A stretch of 64,000 bases of DNA, taken from NCBI GenBank assembly GCA_965645245.1, contig OZ287067.1:3224001-3288000 (forward strand), written 5' to 3'. The position numbers and the translations under genes were made by a program. Source of the stretch: Massalongia carnosa (taxonomy: Eukaryota). This document shows positions 1-11,033 of the stretch, one piece after another. The notes under the pieces are model-generated. The model worked only from the letters and a program-made list of their open reading frames with translations. It searched no databases and was not told the origin of the DNA. Each line of letters starts with the position of its first letter. Position 1 is the first letter of the stretch.

Positions 1-1349
1 ACAATCTTCATGAGAAGTCATATAGGTAGCAGAAAACTGCTCCCATAGCTTCCAAAATTGAGGCTCGGTTGCTGCATAGATCACTGATTTCCAATCTGAC
101 AAAAAGATCTTCCATTCCTCATTGTCGAAAGATTTTTTGCACTTTGTCAACACATTCTGATTGATGTGCCAGATGCATAGCAAATGATTGATATTTGGAA
201 AGACTATGGAAGATGCCAACATTAATCCTTTCTCCATGTCGGACACGAGAATAATCGAATCAGGAAGTTCCAATCGAGAATACACCTCCTTCAATTGCTA
301 TAAAGCCCAGATGTAGTCCTCTGCTGTCTCCGTGATCAGAAAGCAAAAGGCGACATAAAAGGTAGTATGTAGCGCGGTTTGTCCGCTGATGACGAGAAGA
401 GGCATTTTGTATCGATTGGTCTTGTACGTGCAATCCATAATGAGAACTTCATGATTATCTATCAGAAGAGTTTGGGAACTGCCCTTGATGAAGAAGAGAT
501 GCGTAATCTGCTGATGAATGTCTTGTTGAAAGTTGTACACCCAATCCTTTTCGTCAAACTCACGAATCAATGCCTGAATAGGAGTCAATGGTCCCAAGAC
601 ATCACGTCTCATCTGCGCCTTTAAGTTGTAGATGTCCCGAGGTTTAAACATCGGATTCACAATGATCTCGGCATTGGGATCATGAGGACTGAGATCTGCA
701 TTCACATCGGGAACACGCAGACTAGACAAAACCTTTGACGCCGACGTTTGTACTGTTAACTGTCTGGTAACGTCATCCTTTACACCGGTCAGAGCGATTT
801 TTCTCAAGGCAGGATGAGAGCCAGCAAGACTGGACGGATGACTGTGTGTCCCATTTACCACCTCCAAAACCACACCTCGTCGTCCATTTTGGCTGTCAGG
901 GCAAATGGACAAGCAATTAGTCGACTGCTGGTGTGCCGACGATCCTGACCCTGCGGTTCTCTGACTTTTCCACCTCGGTCGCATTTTAACCAAGCTTTAT
1001 TTCTCACTCCCAGCTTGGTTTTCTTGGTTCGAAGAAGCACCACGGCGTAGCCTTCGGGGGCGGCATGCTCATTGACTCTAAGCAACAGGTCTTCTAGTGA
1101 GGCAAAGGATTGACTATCTTCGGGAGGTCGAAGCGGCATGACGACGTGGCGGCGGCAGGGTGCCTGCAGATCAAATGTGAAATATGAGTGCAAGGATGAG
1201 GTGCAGGTAGAATGTGGGAGTTGCAACCGCTAGACCTAAAAGTGGAAGAGGCGGGCGGGCCGAGGAATCTACCCTACCTGGGCTAGCGGTGTTTACCTAA
1301 CCGGAGGTGGTGTTTATCTAACCAAAGTGGTGTCCTGTTATCCGTTCCC
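1..1349 (-). mobile_element. Mutator-like (MULE) DNA transposon, 5' part; transposase disrupted; runs off window start
   Basis: ATG at 1139 gives a FAR1-like N-terminus (HAAPEGYAVV...CDRGG...ACPF), frameshift near 860-870, then MULE core LIMDCTYKTNRYKMPL. After the TAG at 298-300 the frame continues into VSDMEKGL...HLLCIWHINQNV (CxxH). A terminal tract with repeated GGTGTTTA(C/T)CTAACC ends at ~1349 (minus strand reads GGGAACGGATAACAGG) before an AT-rich flank. Confidence 0.9.
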
Positions 1350-1450
1350 TAAATAAAATATTAATCGATTAAGCGATTCGAAAAAAAATTAAACTTAATC
1401 CGGTTCAGTTAAAACAACGATAAAGACTTCGGTAAGTCGCGGCTCCATCG

Positions 1451-1911
1451 TGTCAGCTGAACATATACATAATTTCTATCTATGTTTGGGCAACTCTCCC
1501 CTCGCTGCTGCCCTGCTGGCGCTCAGTTTTGCTGAGGGCCCCTCCTATAATGGCTTTGTTTTGGCAGCAGTGAGGGGAAAAACTCCATCTACCTATGCGG
1601 CTGATTCAGGGAGTGGGTGGGTGGGCAAAAGACCTTTTGGTGCTGAACTCCGAATCAATGGTGATGATGAGGAGAAGAGTGCCAAAAGGACACCTATTTA
1701 TGCCCTTTCTCTCCCTTGCTTGTCCAACTATTTTGGACATCATCCTCCTTTGTCCTTCGGCCTTCGTTGGCTGTTCGCGGCCTGCCTCCACTCGGTCCTT
1801 CGGCTATCCACGGCCTTCAGCCTTCGTCGGCTGTTTCGCGGCCTGCCTCCACTCGGTCCTGGCATTACCTTTCGCCTTAGCCGAACTACTTTTGTCAATA
1901 GTGTCATGACA
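1451..1911. mobile_element. Candidate solo LTR (461 bp)
   Basis: Bounded by TGTCA (1451) and TGACA (1907-1911). Internal direct repeat GCGGCCTGCCTCCACTCGGTCCT x2 and a TATA-like CATAAATA on the minus strand. No matching TSD (CATCG vs GAAAC). Confidence 0.4.
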
Positions 1912-2122
1912 GAAACTTGAATAAAAATTGAATCAACAGTTGAATTGAGACTAGATTCACTCGCGAGTCTTATACTCGCTCACGTTTAATTTCCTGATTC
2001 TTTTCTTCTTGTTCAACGTCTTGTTCATTTAATTAGACAATTAAGTAATACGTTTGCATCATCTGAATTTCTACCTGATCTCACATCGTGATAACTGTAA
2101 CAGTATGTCTCGTGTCTCGTCT

Positions 2123-2388
2123 TGTTGAAATAGGTATATGACTATGGCTATATGGCTATGTAATAATAAAGGTATGTATGACCGTGATGTTAGAGTTGCT
2201 AGGTAGCAATCTTTTCCTATTACTGGTCACCCCCTTCTAAGCGAGGTGATCTTATCTTATCTTGGGACTAAGCCTAATGCGGCATCTACGGTTTCCGTAG
2301 ATGATCTGTCCATCTAGGGCAGCCGTAGGTGCTATGTTCATTGTACTGATAGGTGTTCATTGTGCTGGTAGGAATTGGATATTCAACA
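2123..2388 (-). mobile_element. Solo LTR of the Copia family found at 21340-28632
   Basis: 266-bp reverse complement of the 28359-28632 LTR (8-bp deletion), TGTTGAA...TTCAACA ends, 5-bp TSD CGTCT at 2118-2122 and 2389-2393. Confidence 0.97.
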
Positions 2389-2871
2389 CGTCTCGTGTCT
2401 CGTGTCTCGCGATTCAAATGTTTTATGTGAATTGTATATGTTGATGTATGTGTGTTGTAGTTAAGTTATTTGCTTGTCTATGTATTAAAAAAATAAGAAG
2501 ATTACTATAATTCAAAAATGCATGTCATCTGATTCTCGTAGAGGCAATGCCGCGGTCGATCGAACTAAATAATCTTCGGACCCGTTAAGCAACATCATTC
2601 TACTCCTCTACATCGTTTACTCGTGCAATAAATAAAGGAATTAAATAGTACGTAAATCAAATCCTGTCTAAATGAATCCAAATAACTGAAGCAAGCATCA
2701 CATCTTATCCCTCAATTACCGGCCTACTCTTTATTACGATTAATCATCACCAACGCACAAACGCTTGATAGGATTTTACTCTATTACTCCCTTCCATCCC
2801 TCCAACCAACTCACTCCATGTACTACTCCCTTCACTCCCAATCATCATGACCACTCGTCCACGAACCTCCT

Positions 2872-3740
2872 TCATTCACCGTCGCTGCCGGGCCCGGATC
2901 CCCTTTTGCGTCTTGGCCACGACCTTCTTGCTCTGCTTGCCCCGCTCGCGACGGAGGGCGCAGCATGTAAAGAACACGAGGATCATGCCGATGGCCAGCA
3001 GCACCATAGCCGCCACCAAGGTCCAAATCCCCGTGCTGAATTCGGCGCTGGGGCCGCCTTTGTCGTTGATGGTGTTGAGGACGGTCTGAGCGTGTGGGTT
3101 AAGATGCGTTTATGGAAGCCAAACTGGAAAAGAAGAGAAACACACCCCGAAAAGATCAAAATCAATGATCATTACTATCAACGTGAGTACCGCGGCCAAT
3201 CCGGCGACCAGGGAGCCCACGAGGCTGGCGCGGATGCCGGGGCTGCAACTTGACACGAACGCGACGAAGGCTGCAGCGCAGGCGATTGGATGTAACACCA
3301 ACAAGTTGGTCAGGAAGTGACTGGTCGTGAGCATCGACTCGCTCGGAGGAATTTGCAGCGTCGATTCGAGTGCCTGGCTCAGGTTGTAGCCGATAACGCT
3401 GGGGGTGCAGTAGGTTTGGACGGTACTTGGAGCGGTTAAGCGGGGTTTAATGGATCGAGGAGGAAAACGTACTTATTCACCACCCTATCGTTGACGCAGT
3501 ACCCAAAGCTACCGAAGGTGATGGAGGCATTTCGGTCGGAACCGATTTGGACCAAGTTGACTTTGACGATGCCGATCTCATTGTGCACTGCGGAGATAGA
3601 GGTAATGAGGAGGAGAATGACGGAGACGAATATCAGGGCGGCGCCGATCCTGAGGTTAGTTAGTATGTTGAGAAACTCTTGCAGAGCGGAGGGACGTGAT
3701 GAGCATAGATATACCAGTGGATTTTTTTCCCTATGGCCAT
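2872..3740 (-). CDS. SUR7/PalI (RIM9-like) family tetraspan membrane protein, 4 exons
   Basis: Spliced by eye at GT..AG introns: MAIGKKIHW|IGAALIFVSVILLLITSIS...ITFGSFGYC...|YCTPSVIGY...LVLHPIACAAAF...IIDFDLFG|...GIWTLVAAMVLLAIGMILVFFTCC. The FGxFGYC loop motif and four hydrophobic helices fit the family. Confidence 0.85.
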
Positions 3741-4440
3741 GTTGATGCGCTTATCTTTTCGATCCCAAGGCTTGAGATTGAGGATCTAGGCTGATGAATT
3801 GTGAGATGGCTTTACGAAGCAATCGAGACTTGACCTCAGTACTGCAATTGAGCGAGCTCTTAACCGATAATCGGAAAACCATGCTACTTTATAGACTCAG
3901 CGCAATCCATCTCCAACAGTCGCCCTTCTCATTCTTGTATTTTTTTTGTAGTATGTTTCTATGATTAGTGGGTGAGGATTAGACATCCTCATGGTGCACA
4001 CGACTTTCATGCTGTGTGATCAAAGCATTATCCTGATGGCAAATTCCAGCCAATGCATAAGCTTTTACATCAGAGCCTTACTTGAAATCTTTGACTTATT
4101 TAATCCATTTCACTGTAGATGGGTTAATGTTGGAGGTTCTTTGGTCGAGAAGAAATCAGTCAAACGTTTGTGTTTGAGAAAGCTGACGAAAAGATAAAAA
4201 CAAATCTTCGCACCGGCGAGGTATCGAATGTATTAATAGTGCGCTTCAAGCGAGGTGCGCATTTGCTGAAGATTCGAATGGTGGGGACAGAAGTCTAATA
4301 GAATGGTGTTTATGAGGCTGAGGCTGAAGGCAGATGCTAACAAGACATCAAATTTATGCGACTGCCGACTGGTAAGGTAATTGTGCATGAATGCTCAGAA
4401 TAGATGGATTCGCATAACTTCTTCTGCAGTGCATGCAAAA

Positions 4441-6356
4441 GCAAAACACTAAACCCCAACCGAGTCAGGGTCTAGTGCCCGACGGTCTACTGACGCATAC
4501 AGTCTACTGACGCACTTTCCCATTTTCACTACCATTTTCAGCACGTCGTTCATCTACCACCACCATGCCTAACTCATATTCTAATAAGGAGGATCAAATT
4601 GTCGATGCTATAAACGCGTGGAACACGGGTGAATTTCGAAGTATAAGCGCAGTAGCCATTTGATTTCGATGTCGACATTCGTACGCTTCAAAGACGACTT
4701 GCTGGAGGGGGTTCGCGCATCGGTCGATCTGGCCCCAACAAAGCCTTATCTGATGAACAAGAATTGGCCCTTTGTGAATATATTGTGATGCTCGATCAAG
4801 CCGAACAATCAGCCAGGTTTTCAATGGTTCGGGGGGCTGCTAATTATCTACTAAGAGAAGCTCATTTAGACGCCTCCATCCCCCCCCCTCACGTCAGCGA
4901 GGCCTGGACCAAACCTTTCCTCAATCGTCATCCTCAATTTTTCAAGCGAAAACACAAACCTCTGGCCGCTGAGCGAAAACACGCGCACAATGCAAAGGAC
5001 AGGCTCGAGTATTTTGAAGCATATCGAACTGCGCGAAAGACGCGGGGAATAGCGGACGAGGACTTTTGGAACATGGATGAAATGGGCTTTCGAATTGGCT
5101 GTGACAGGGCTCATTGGGTTATATCAACTCACTCCAGAAAGCCCTTGCTATTGACAGATCCAGATAATAGAGAATATGTCACCTCGTGTGAGTGTATTAG
5201 TGCTGGGGGGCGAAACATTCCCCCCATGGTGATTATAGCGGGGGTTTTGATTCTCGAAAAGTGGACACAACAAAACGATCTGAATGACGATGTTTTGTTG
5301 ACTACTAGTCCTACCGGCTATTCCAATGATGATTTGGCTATTGATTGGTTGAAACATTTCGATAAACACAGTCGAAAGGGTCAGGTAGGGGCCTGGCGTA
5401 TGTTGATCATGGACGGGTATGGATCTCATATGACATATGAGTTTTTTACATATGCCAAACGAAATCACATTGAATTGTTTCGTTTGCCTCCTCATTCAAC
5501 ACATCTCACTCAGCCATTGGATGTAGGATGTTTTCAGCCGTTCAAACATTATCATTCCGAAGGCATTGACGAGATGGTGCGACTCGGAGGGGCAGATTTC
5601 GACAAACTGGATTTTTTGTCCATTTTTCAGCGCATGCGAAATCAAACATTCACCTCATCTACCATATTATCGTCATTCAGAAACACGGGTCAGGTGCCTT
5701 ATAACCCCAATGTGGTAATTCGAAAGCTGGAGGAAATTCAAACTCGGAGACCTGCTACCCCGCCCCCACCTTTGTCAGCCTCTGCTCGCCAGAACGCCCC
5801 GTACGACTAAAGAGGTGGTTGAATATGGCTTACACCTTCGAATGAGTTTGAAGAAATACAACGTGCTGGACAATGAATGGGATTGTCATGTGAATCGATT
5901 TGTGAAGAGCTCTATTTCCAATGCGCATGCACGTCAGATTATTGAGCGGGACCTTCGAGCCAGTCAACAACAGTCCATCGCGAAGGCGGCCCGTAGAAAA
6001 TTGGATGGTAAGGTCGCCCAGAAGGGAGGGGTCATAACTGTAGGAGATGTACGGGCCAAAACCTCGAAACGTTGTCAGAACGAGGTGGAAAAGACCAGAC
6101 TGGCCTATGAACGTGCCACACTAGCTGCTGAAAAGAAGCAGATTGCCCTGGACAAAAGGTATAAAAGAATCGCCAGATCGATGCCCAGACAAGCGAAGCT
6201 ATTTTACCAGCGTCATAATCAATCAGTTTCTGCATAACCGTTGTTGTCCTCGATTTGTAGCAGAAATGGTAGTGAAAATGGGAAAAGTGCGTCAGTAGAC
6301 TGTATGCGTCAGTAGACCGTCGGGCACTAGACTCGGTTGGGTTTAAGTGTTTTGGC
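4441..6356 (+). mobile_element. Pogo/Fot1-type (Tc1/mariner superfamily, DDE_1) DNA transposon
   Basis: Near-perfect inverted repeats TCTAGTGCCCGACGGTCTACTGACGCATACAGTCTACTGACGCACTTTTCCCATTTTCACTACCATTT at 4471-4536 and ~6265-6331, plus an imperfect ~26-bp outer extension. Encloses a DDE_1 transposase. Confidence 0.93.
4565..6237 (+). pseudogene. Disrupted pogo/Fot1 transposase
   Basis: ATG 4565 (MPNSYSNKEDQIVDAI), in-frame TGA and frameshift in the HTH region, catalytic motifs WNMDEMG / LIMDGYGSH / QPLDVG in ORF 4764-5810, further frameshift into the C-terminal ORF 5815-6237. Confidence 0.9.
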
Positions 6357-6613
6357 ACGATTATATTTAGCCGAAACAATAAATGTTTTTAAAAGGTGTC
6401 TCGGTCTGGAGATCTCTTGATAAAAGAAACTACATACTCGAAAAAAAAACGAAAAAACTGCAAACAAACCCATCCAGTCGCTCTCAACAGTTCGAAACAC
6501 ACTTTCCTACCTACCTAAGCTGTGGTTACACAAAAAAAAATTCTAGCAACGGATGCCAAAAATTCGCGTGTTGCAGTACATGCGGTGTCATTACATAGGC
6601 CCTTTATTCAATA

Positions 6614-7637
6614 ATGCTGCCACCGGCAACTCCACTCATTGCCCTTCTAGCCGTGGCCTTCATCTTACTGCTGCTCTCAGCCATCTCAGCCCCAGTCGTC
6701 GAGAGCATCCCACTTGGGTCTTTCAAGGGAGTTAATTTTGGGGTGTTCGGGTTCTGCTTCGGATCGAAATGCACCGATCTCAAAGTTAGCTATACCACAG
6801 GTACGTTGGTTTATCAAAAACCTGTTTCAGAACAATCACGTAGACGGGAGAAGGCTTCAGAGGCCAACAACTAAATTTGCTCTGGCGTGGGGAAGTTGGC
6901 TGGTGATGGTATCTACAATTTTGATCATCGTAAGCTATATTCTGACAGGTGTCATGCGGAGGAGGACTCTGGTCAGCAAAATCGCTCGCGAGAGAAGCCT
7001 AGCAGAAGATTCGGGGATGAACGGAGAAAACTATTACAGTCTTCAAAATAGAGTCCGAGCCGAATCACGATCACCGTTAACTACAAGCTCAGCGACGCTC
7101 ATGGTCAACGGAGCATCTGGATCAAATCAGCTTCCCGCATCTGCTACATTTGATGCTAAGAAAAATACCACTGAGGAAATGAGATTAGAAAGCATTCCAT
7201 TGCTCACGGAAACACCATCAAATAAGAGTCGACAAAGTCAAGAAATGAGAAATATAGCCTCAAATGACAGCTCTAAAGGACATGTGGGTCAGGGGAAAAG
7301 AACTCCTAAAGAAAAACGCGGTAGACGTACAAGATTATACAATGACCCACGGGATGAGTTTGACAATCCACTGGCATCGTCGAATTCTTTCAGTCCAGTG
7401 CCTCCTAATGGAGTTGGACGAGATCCTTCGCAACCCGTAATAAGACTCGAGCACTCTAACGGACCCGTGAGCTCACAAAATTCTCGAGAGAAGCAGACTA
7501 TGTCGAGGTTGACAGCGAAGTGGAGTTCGATGAAAGTGAAGCGAGAGATTCTTCTGCTTCAAGTGATGAGTCGGAGGATGAAGACGAAAATATCGAAGAC
7601 ACCTCTGACGAGAATGAGAATGAGGAGGATGATATGA
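6614..7637 (+). CDS. palI: PalI/RIM9-like protein lacking its central transmembrane segment (shortened variant or pseudogene)
   Basis: Exon 1 (6614-6800) MLPPATPLIALLAVAFILLLLSAISAP...FGVFGFC...C...YTT is the PalI N-terminus. An intron at 6801-6843 splices in frame to DG...AWGSWLV...MRRRTLVSKIAR...GMNGENYY (PalI TM4 and tail). The TM2-TM3 region is absent. Confidence 0.7.
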
Positions 7638-8173
7638 GCGAGGAAGAAGACGACGAAACAAAGGCTAACGAAGAAAGCATAGCTTTTGAATCCGATGACA
7701 ATTCAGACGATAACAGCGAATCAGACGATACTAGCTCTGCAGACGAAAGCAACGAATCAGACGAGAACAACGAAACAGATGAGAATGACTACTCAAGTTA
7801 TTAGCAATTCGGCTGAGGCGAAAGATGATGCCGGGATCGAGTAAAGACGTATTGTGAATAATCGACGAAAATCGAAGATAAGAAGAAAACAACATAAATA
7901 GATGATTTTTTAACTGTTAATCTTAATTAATACGTTAGCTTAACAGATAAGATTAAACGATTGATAATTGTTTAATCAATATAGTTAAATGGTATATCAG
8001 GTAGGGAGAAGACTGCATGAAGGTGTGTTCTATTGAGATCTGTCTACATGGCTATTATATATTGCCTAGCGCGCCAAGGCTCGCAGGGCTGCGCTACACC
8101 TATAAAGGGGGTTGGAGGATAATTTAACAAGATAAATTATTTATGTGAAGTAGTTATCTCTGTTTGTGTGGCG

Positions 8174-8314
8174 CAACGGGTTGGATTAAACCCGTCGGGT
8201 TATTCAATTGGACGAATTTGAGTCGAGTTTTCGAGGCAGGTTTGAAGAAGTCCAACCCGACCGGACGAGTTCGGATTATTTATGCGGGTTTTCGGGTTAA
8301 ATCATTCAACCCTG
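8174..8314. mobile_element. Terminal remnant of a probable hAT-like element/MITE
   Basis: Cluster of AACCCG/CGGGTT subterminal-type motifs in both orientations ending in TTCAACCCTG (CAGGGTTGAA on minus). No partner terminus or TSD found. Confidence 0.45.
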
Positions 8315-8522
8315 TCAGTTTTTTCAGCTAAGCGAGGCCGACGATTATGCAGGATCAGCCCATTTCCTACAGCATGACCATAGCCTAGTGGGACTTAGGC
8401 TACACCGAAGGGGTTAAAAGAGATGGTTGACATATAGGGTAGGGAGGTCCAAATGAAAATCAAATAGGCTGTCATTTTCCTTACTGAACTAAATATGAAA
8501 TCTGGCTGGCTTGGTGAGATTT

Positions 8523-9773
8523 TTAGATGGGATCGGGGAACACCTTCATCCATATCACTTTTCCCATCTTTGGATCCATGACAACGCCATAATGAGTCTC
8601 TTCGTTGTTGATGGGATGAGTGTCCAGCCACTTGAACACATCCTCCGCGGTGACGGTGGTAGGATGGTCTTGCAATTCGCTGAAAGATTCCCTCCCCATT
8701 GTATTTGACGAGCGCTTCCACAAGCGCGTTATCTTCTCTTTGCGTGAGATACTTTCGAAAACCAAGTCTGCAATTCCGGCGACCCTTAATGCGTTATGAG
8801 AGTCTACCGCATCAACTGAAGACTCTTTGGATCCATCGTATGATGCATCATGATTGCAAGCAACGATGAACTGATTGGAAGCTCTGACAACAGCCGTATT
8901 GTAATCTTTCTCAAAAGTCATGGTTCGGTCGCCGTCGCTAAATATAAGGTAAGCAGCAGTGGATTTTACTCTGGGAATGACTGCTTCAATCGATTCCAGC
9001 GTTCTGGACGTTCCGGAAACCGGTGAGGAGTACAACGAAGGCAACAGGACCTGCCGAAGCAATGATGATATACTTGGTCGAAAGCCAAACAGCACGAACA
9101 GAAGATGGAGATAGAAGCGCGAGTTGGCAAGGAATGTGCTAGCGTTATGATTAGGACGAAAGTTTAGAGATATGCTCAATCCCTTTCTCACCCCAGTTAA
9201 GACGCCCACAAATCCAACATAGGTAACACTAGACGCTATAATGGTTCCGCCTGGCTTTTCCACAAAATCCAGGTGCACCACTACCTTCCTGAGGGCATCC
9301 ATTCCCCAATCTAGTGTACGAAAGTGCAGCATTCTTATCTTTCCCCGCCGATCATTCACCCGTGCACCTCCGCTTGTGCAACCCATCAACAGATCCAGGA
9401 GGACGTTGAACGCCACAAGGAGATACATTTCGACCCCTGTGACTTGATGAATCCCACGCAGCTCTTCAGTTTCTTCATGATTATGAACGCGGCGAAGGCA
9501 AAGATAGGCGAGGTATTGAACTGTTTTCAAAGGAAGCTTTAAGTGTAAACCATACACAATCTCATCGAATAGTCCCGGCAGAGAAGCTATTTGATTTTTA
9601 AAGTCTTGCGCAATATGCTTATAACGCTCTATTGGCGGTCGGGACAGATCAATGATATATTTGGGAGGTTGTAGATCTGCCAGGTCGCCATCACTATCTG
9701 TCATGTTTGCTTCCTGTGCAAGTGTCGTTGTTATTGAAAGCTTTTGACGATTTCGTAGCCCTGCTGACTCCAT
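8523..9773 (-). CDS. Acid ceramidase / N-acylethanolamine acid amidase (NAAA)-like Ntn hydrolase
   Basis: 416-aa single-exon ORF. N-terminal IDLSRPPIERY and EELRGI, nucleophile motif LMG-CTSGG, HFRTLDWGM, VGFVGVLTGVRKGLSISLNFR. Confidence 0.88.
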   Translation of the reverse strand: MESAGLRNRQKLSITTTLAQEANMTDSDGDLADLQPPKYIIDLSRPPIERYKHIAQDFKNQIASLPGLFDEIVYGLHLKLPLKTVQYLAYLCLRRVHNHEETEELRGIHQVTGVEMYLLVAFNVLLDLLMGCTSGGARVNDRRGKIRMLHFRTLDWGMDALRKVVVHLDFVEKPGGTIIASSVTYVGFVGVLTGVRKGLSISLNFRPNHNASTFLANSRFYLHLLFVLFGFRPSISSLLRQVLLPSLYSSPVSGTSRTLESIEAVIPRVKSTAAYLIFSDGDRTMTFEKDYNTAVVRASNQFIVACNHDASYDGSKESSVDAVDSHNALRVAGIADLVFESISRKEKITRLWKRSSNTMGRESFSELQDHPTTVTAEDVFKWLDTHPINNEETHYGVVMDPKMGKVIWMKVFPDPI

Positions 9774-10960
9774 GGTAATCTCCCTCTTTTCGCGCGAACC
9801 GTGACTTTGAGTTAGCCAGCATCTATTATCTTAACTAAATTAGTGTGCTTGATGCTCTTCTCCAAACCTGGGCTCTGGTAGACCTCGCGTTAGGAACTGA
9901 TACGAACTACTTGAGGAGGCTGGAGAAGGTTGCTGAGCAGGAGCGTTTGACCAAGCCATCCTATCCGCCGTTTTTGAGGACGGATCTGCGATTAGTAAAT
10001 GATTATTAGCAATAGAGCCAATGAACCTTAATAGAGAAATTGAACCTGGTATGGTTATCGGTTGGCACAAGTCACGTGAATTAAACGCTGTGAAACCACT
10101 CGGTACCCAACGTCTTCCAAGACTCTTGGTCGTCCCTTTCCCAAAACCTTTAAACATATCCCTATGAGGTTTTGAAGGTGAAACAGTGTCTCGAGACTGT
10201 ATCTCATGATAAATTATGCCCCCTAAAATCCTTGAGTGGTGAAATCACTAATTCGATAACGTAGAGAGCTTGTTGACCAACGCTGCCTCAGCCATTGACA
10301 TCTAACGCAAGAGGCAGATATGTGAGCAATTTGCCACGAGCTGATAAGAATTGCTGGGAGTGCCACCGTCTGTCAAGAAATTAATAAAGGTTCAAGTAAT
10401 GTATCGGTTTCTTAAGGTAAAAATCATGATATCAAATTTTCGCCAGAAATTAGTCCTTACTTAAAAAGCACATTTTTTTCTTATGGCCATTGTTTGCTCC
10501 ATCAATATTTATGCCTTATCTTTCCAGAAAGATCCGAAGACTGGAACATAGTTTCTAGCTGGCCAAAGTACATGAGTTTTGTAAGCTGCTCTACCTCGTC
10601 AAACGTCCATAGGTACCAAGCATCTTGTAAAGTCTTCTATAAAAGGATTTCAGGCAGGTTCAGATTATGAAGCTCATGATTTCGGAGGACTTGATTTGCC
10701 AACCAATCTAAGATTCGATGACATGGTTCTTTGAAAGGTATTATAGCTGAACATAAAACTGGGATGGCAGCAAGACAGCCAGCAGCTGTGCAAACTCTAT
10801 ACAAATTTTTGTAAAACCAGGAGCGATAATGGAATCTTTTCTATCATTCTTTATTAAATTGTCTAGCTATCAAATCTTGTTATGGCGTCGGAATAATTAT
10901 TCCGTGATGAAAGTGCAGGTCATATATCAAAATAGCGCCTCTTCTTCCACTAACAGAAAA

Positions 10961-11033
10961 AGCAGGTCGGTCAAGTTGGCTAGGGCTTCGGACTAAAACT
11001 CCAAAAGCCCTGGGTTCGAATCCCGCCACGGAT
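10961..11033 (+). pseudogene. Degenerate tRNA-like sequence (tRNA pseudogene or SINE head)
   Basis: A-box-like GGTCAAGTTGG (10969-10979), D arm, anticodon-like arm TCGGA-CTAAAAC-TCCAA, and perfect B-box GGTTCGAATCC (11013-11023) at tRNA spacing. The acceptor stem does not pair. Confidence 0.6.

Noticed and set aside
10216..10600. Stop-riddled plus-strand frame (MPPKILEW*NH*FDNVESLL...)
   Set aside because: No recognisable motif; I cannot distinguish it from non-coding DNA without a search.
10961..11033. Functional tRNA gene (apparent AAA anticodon)
   Set aside because: The acceptor stem cannot pair and the T and anticodon stems have mismatches; kept only as a tRNA-derived remnant.
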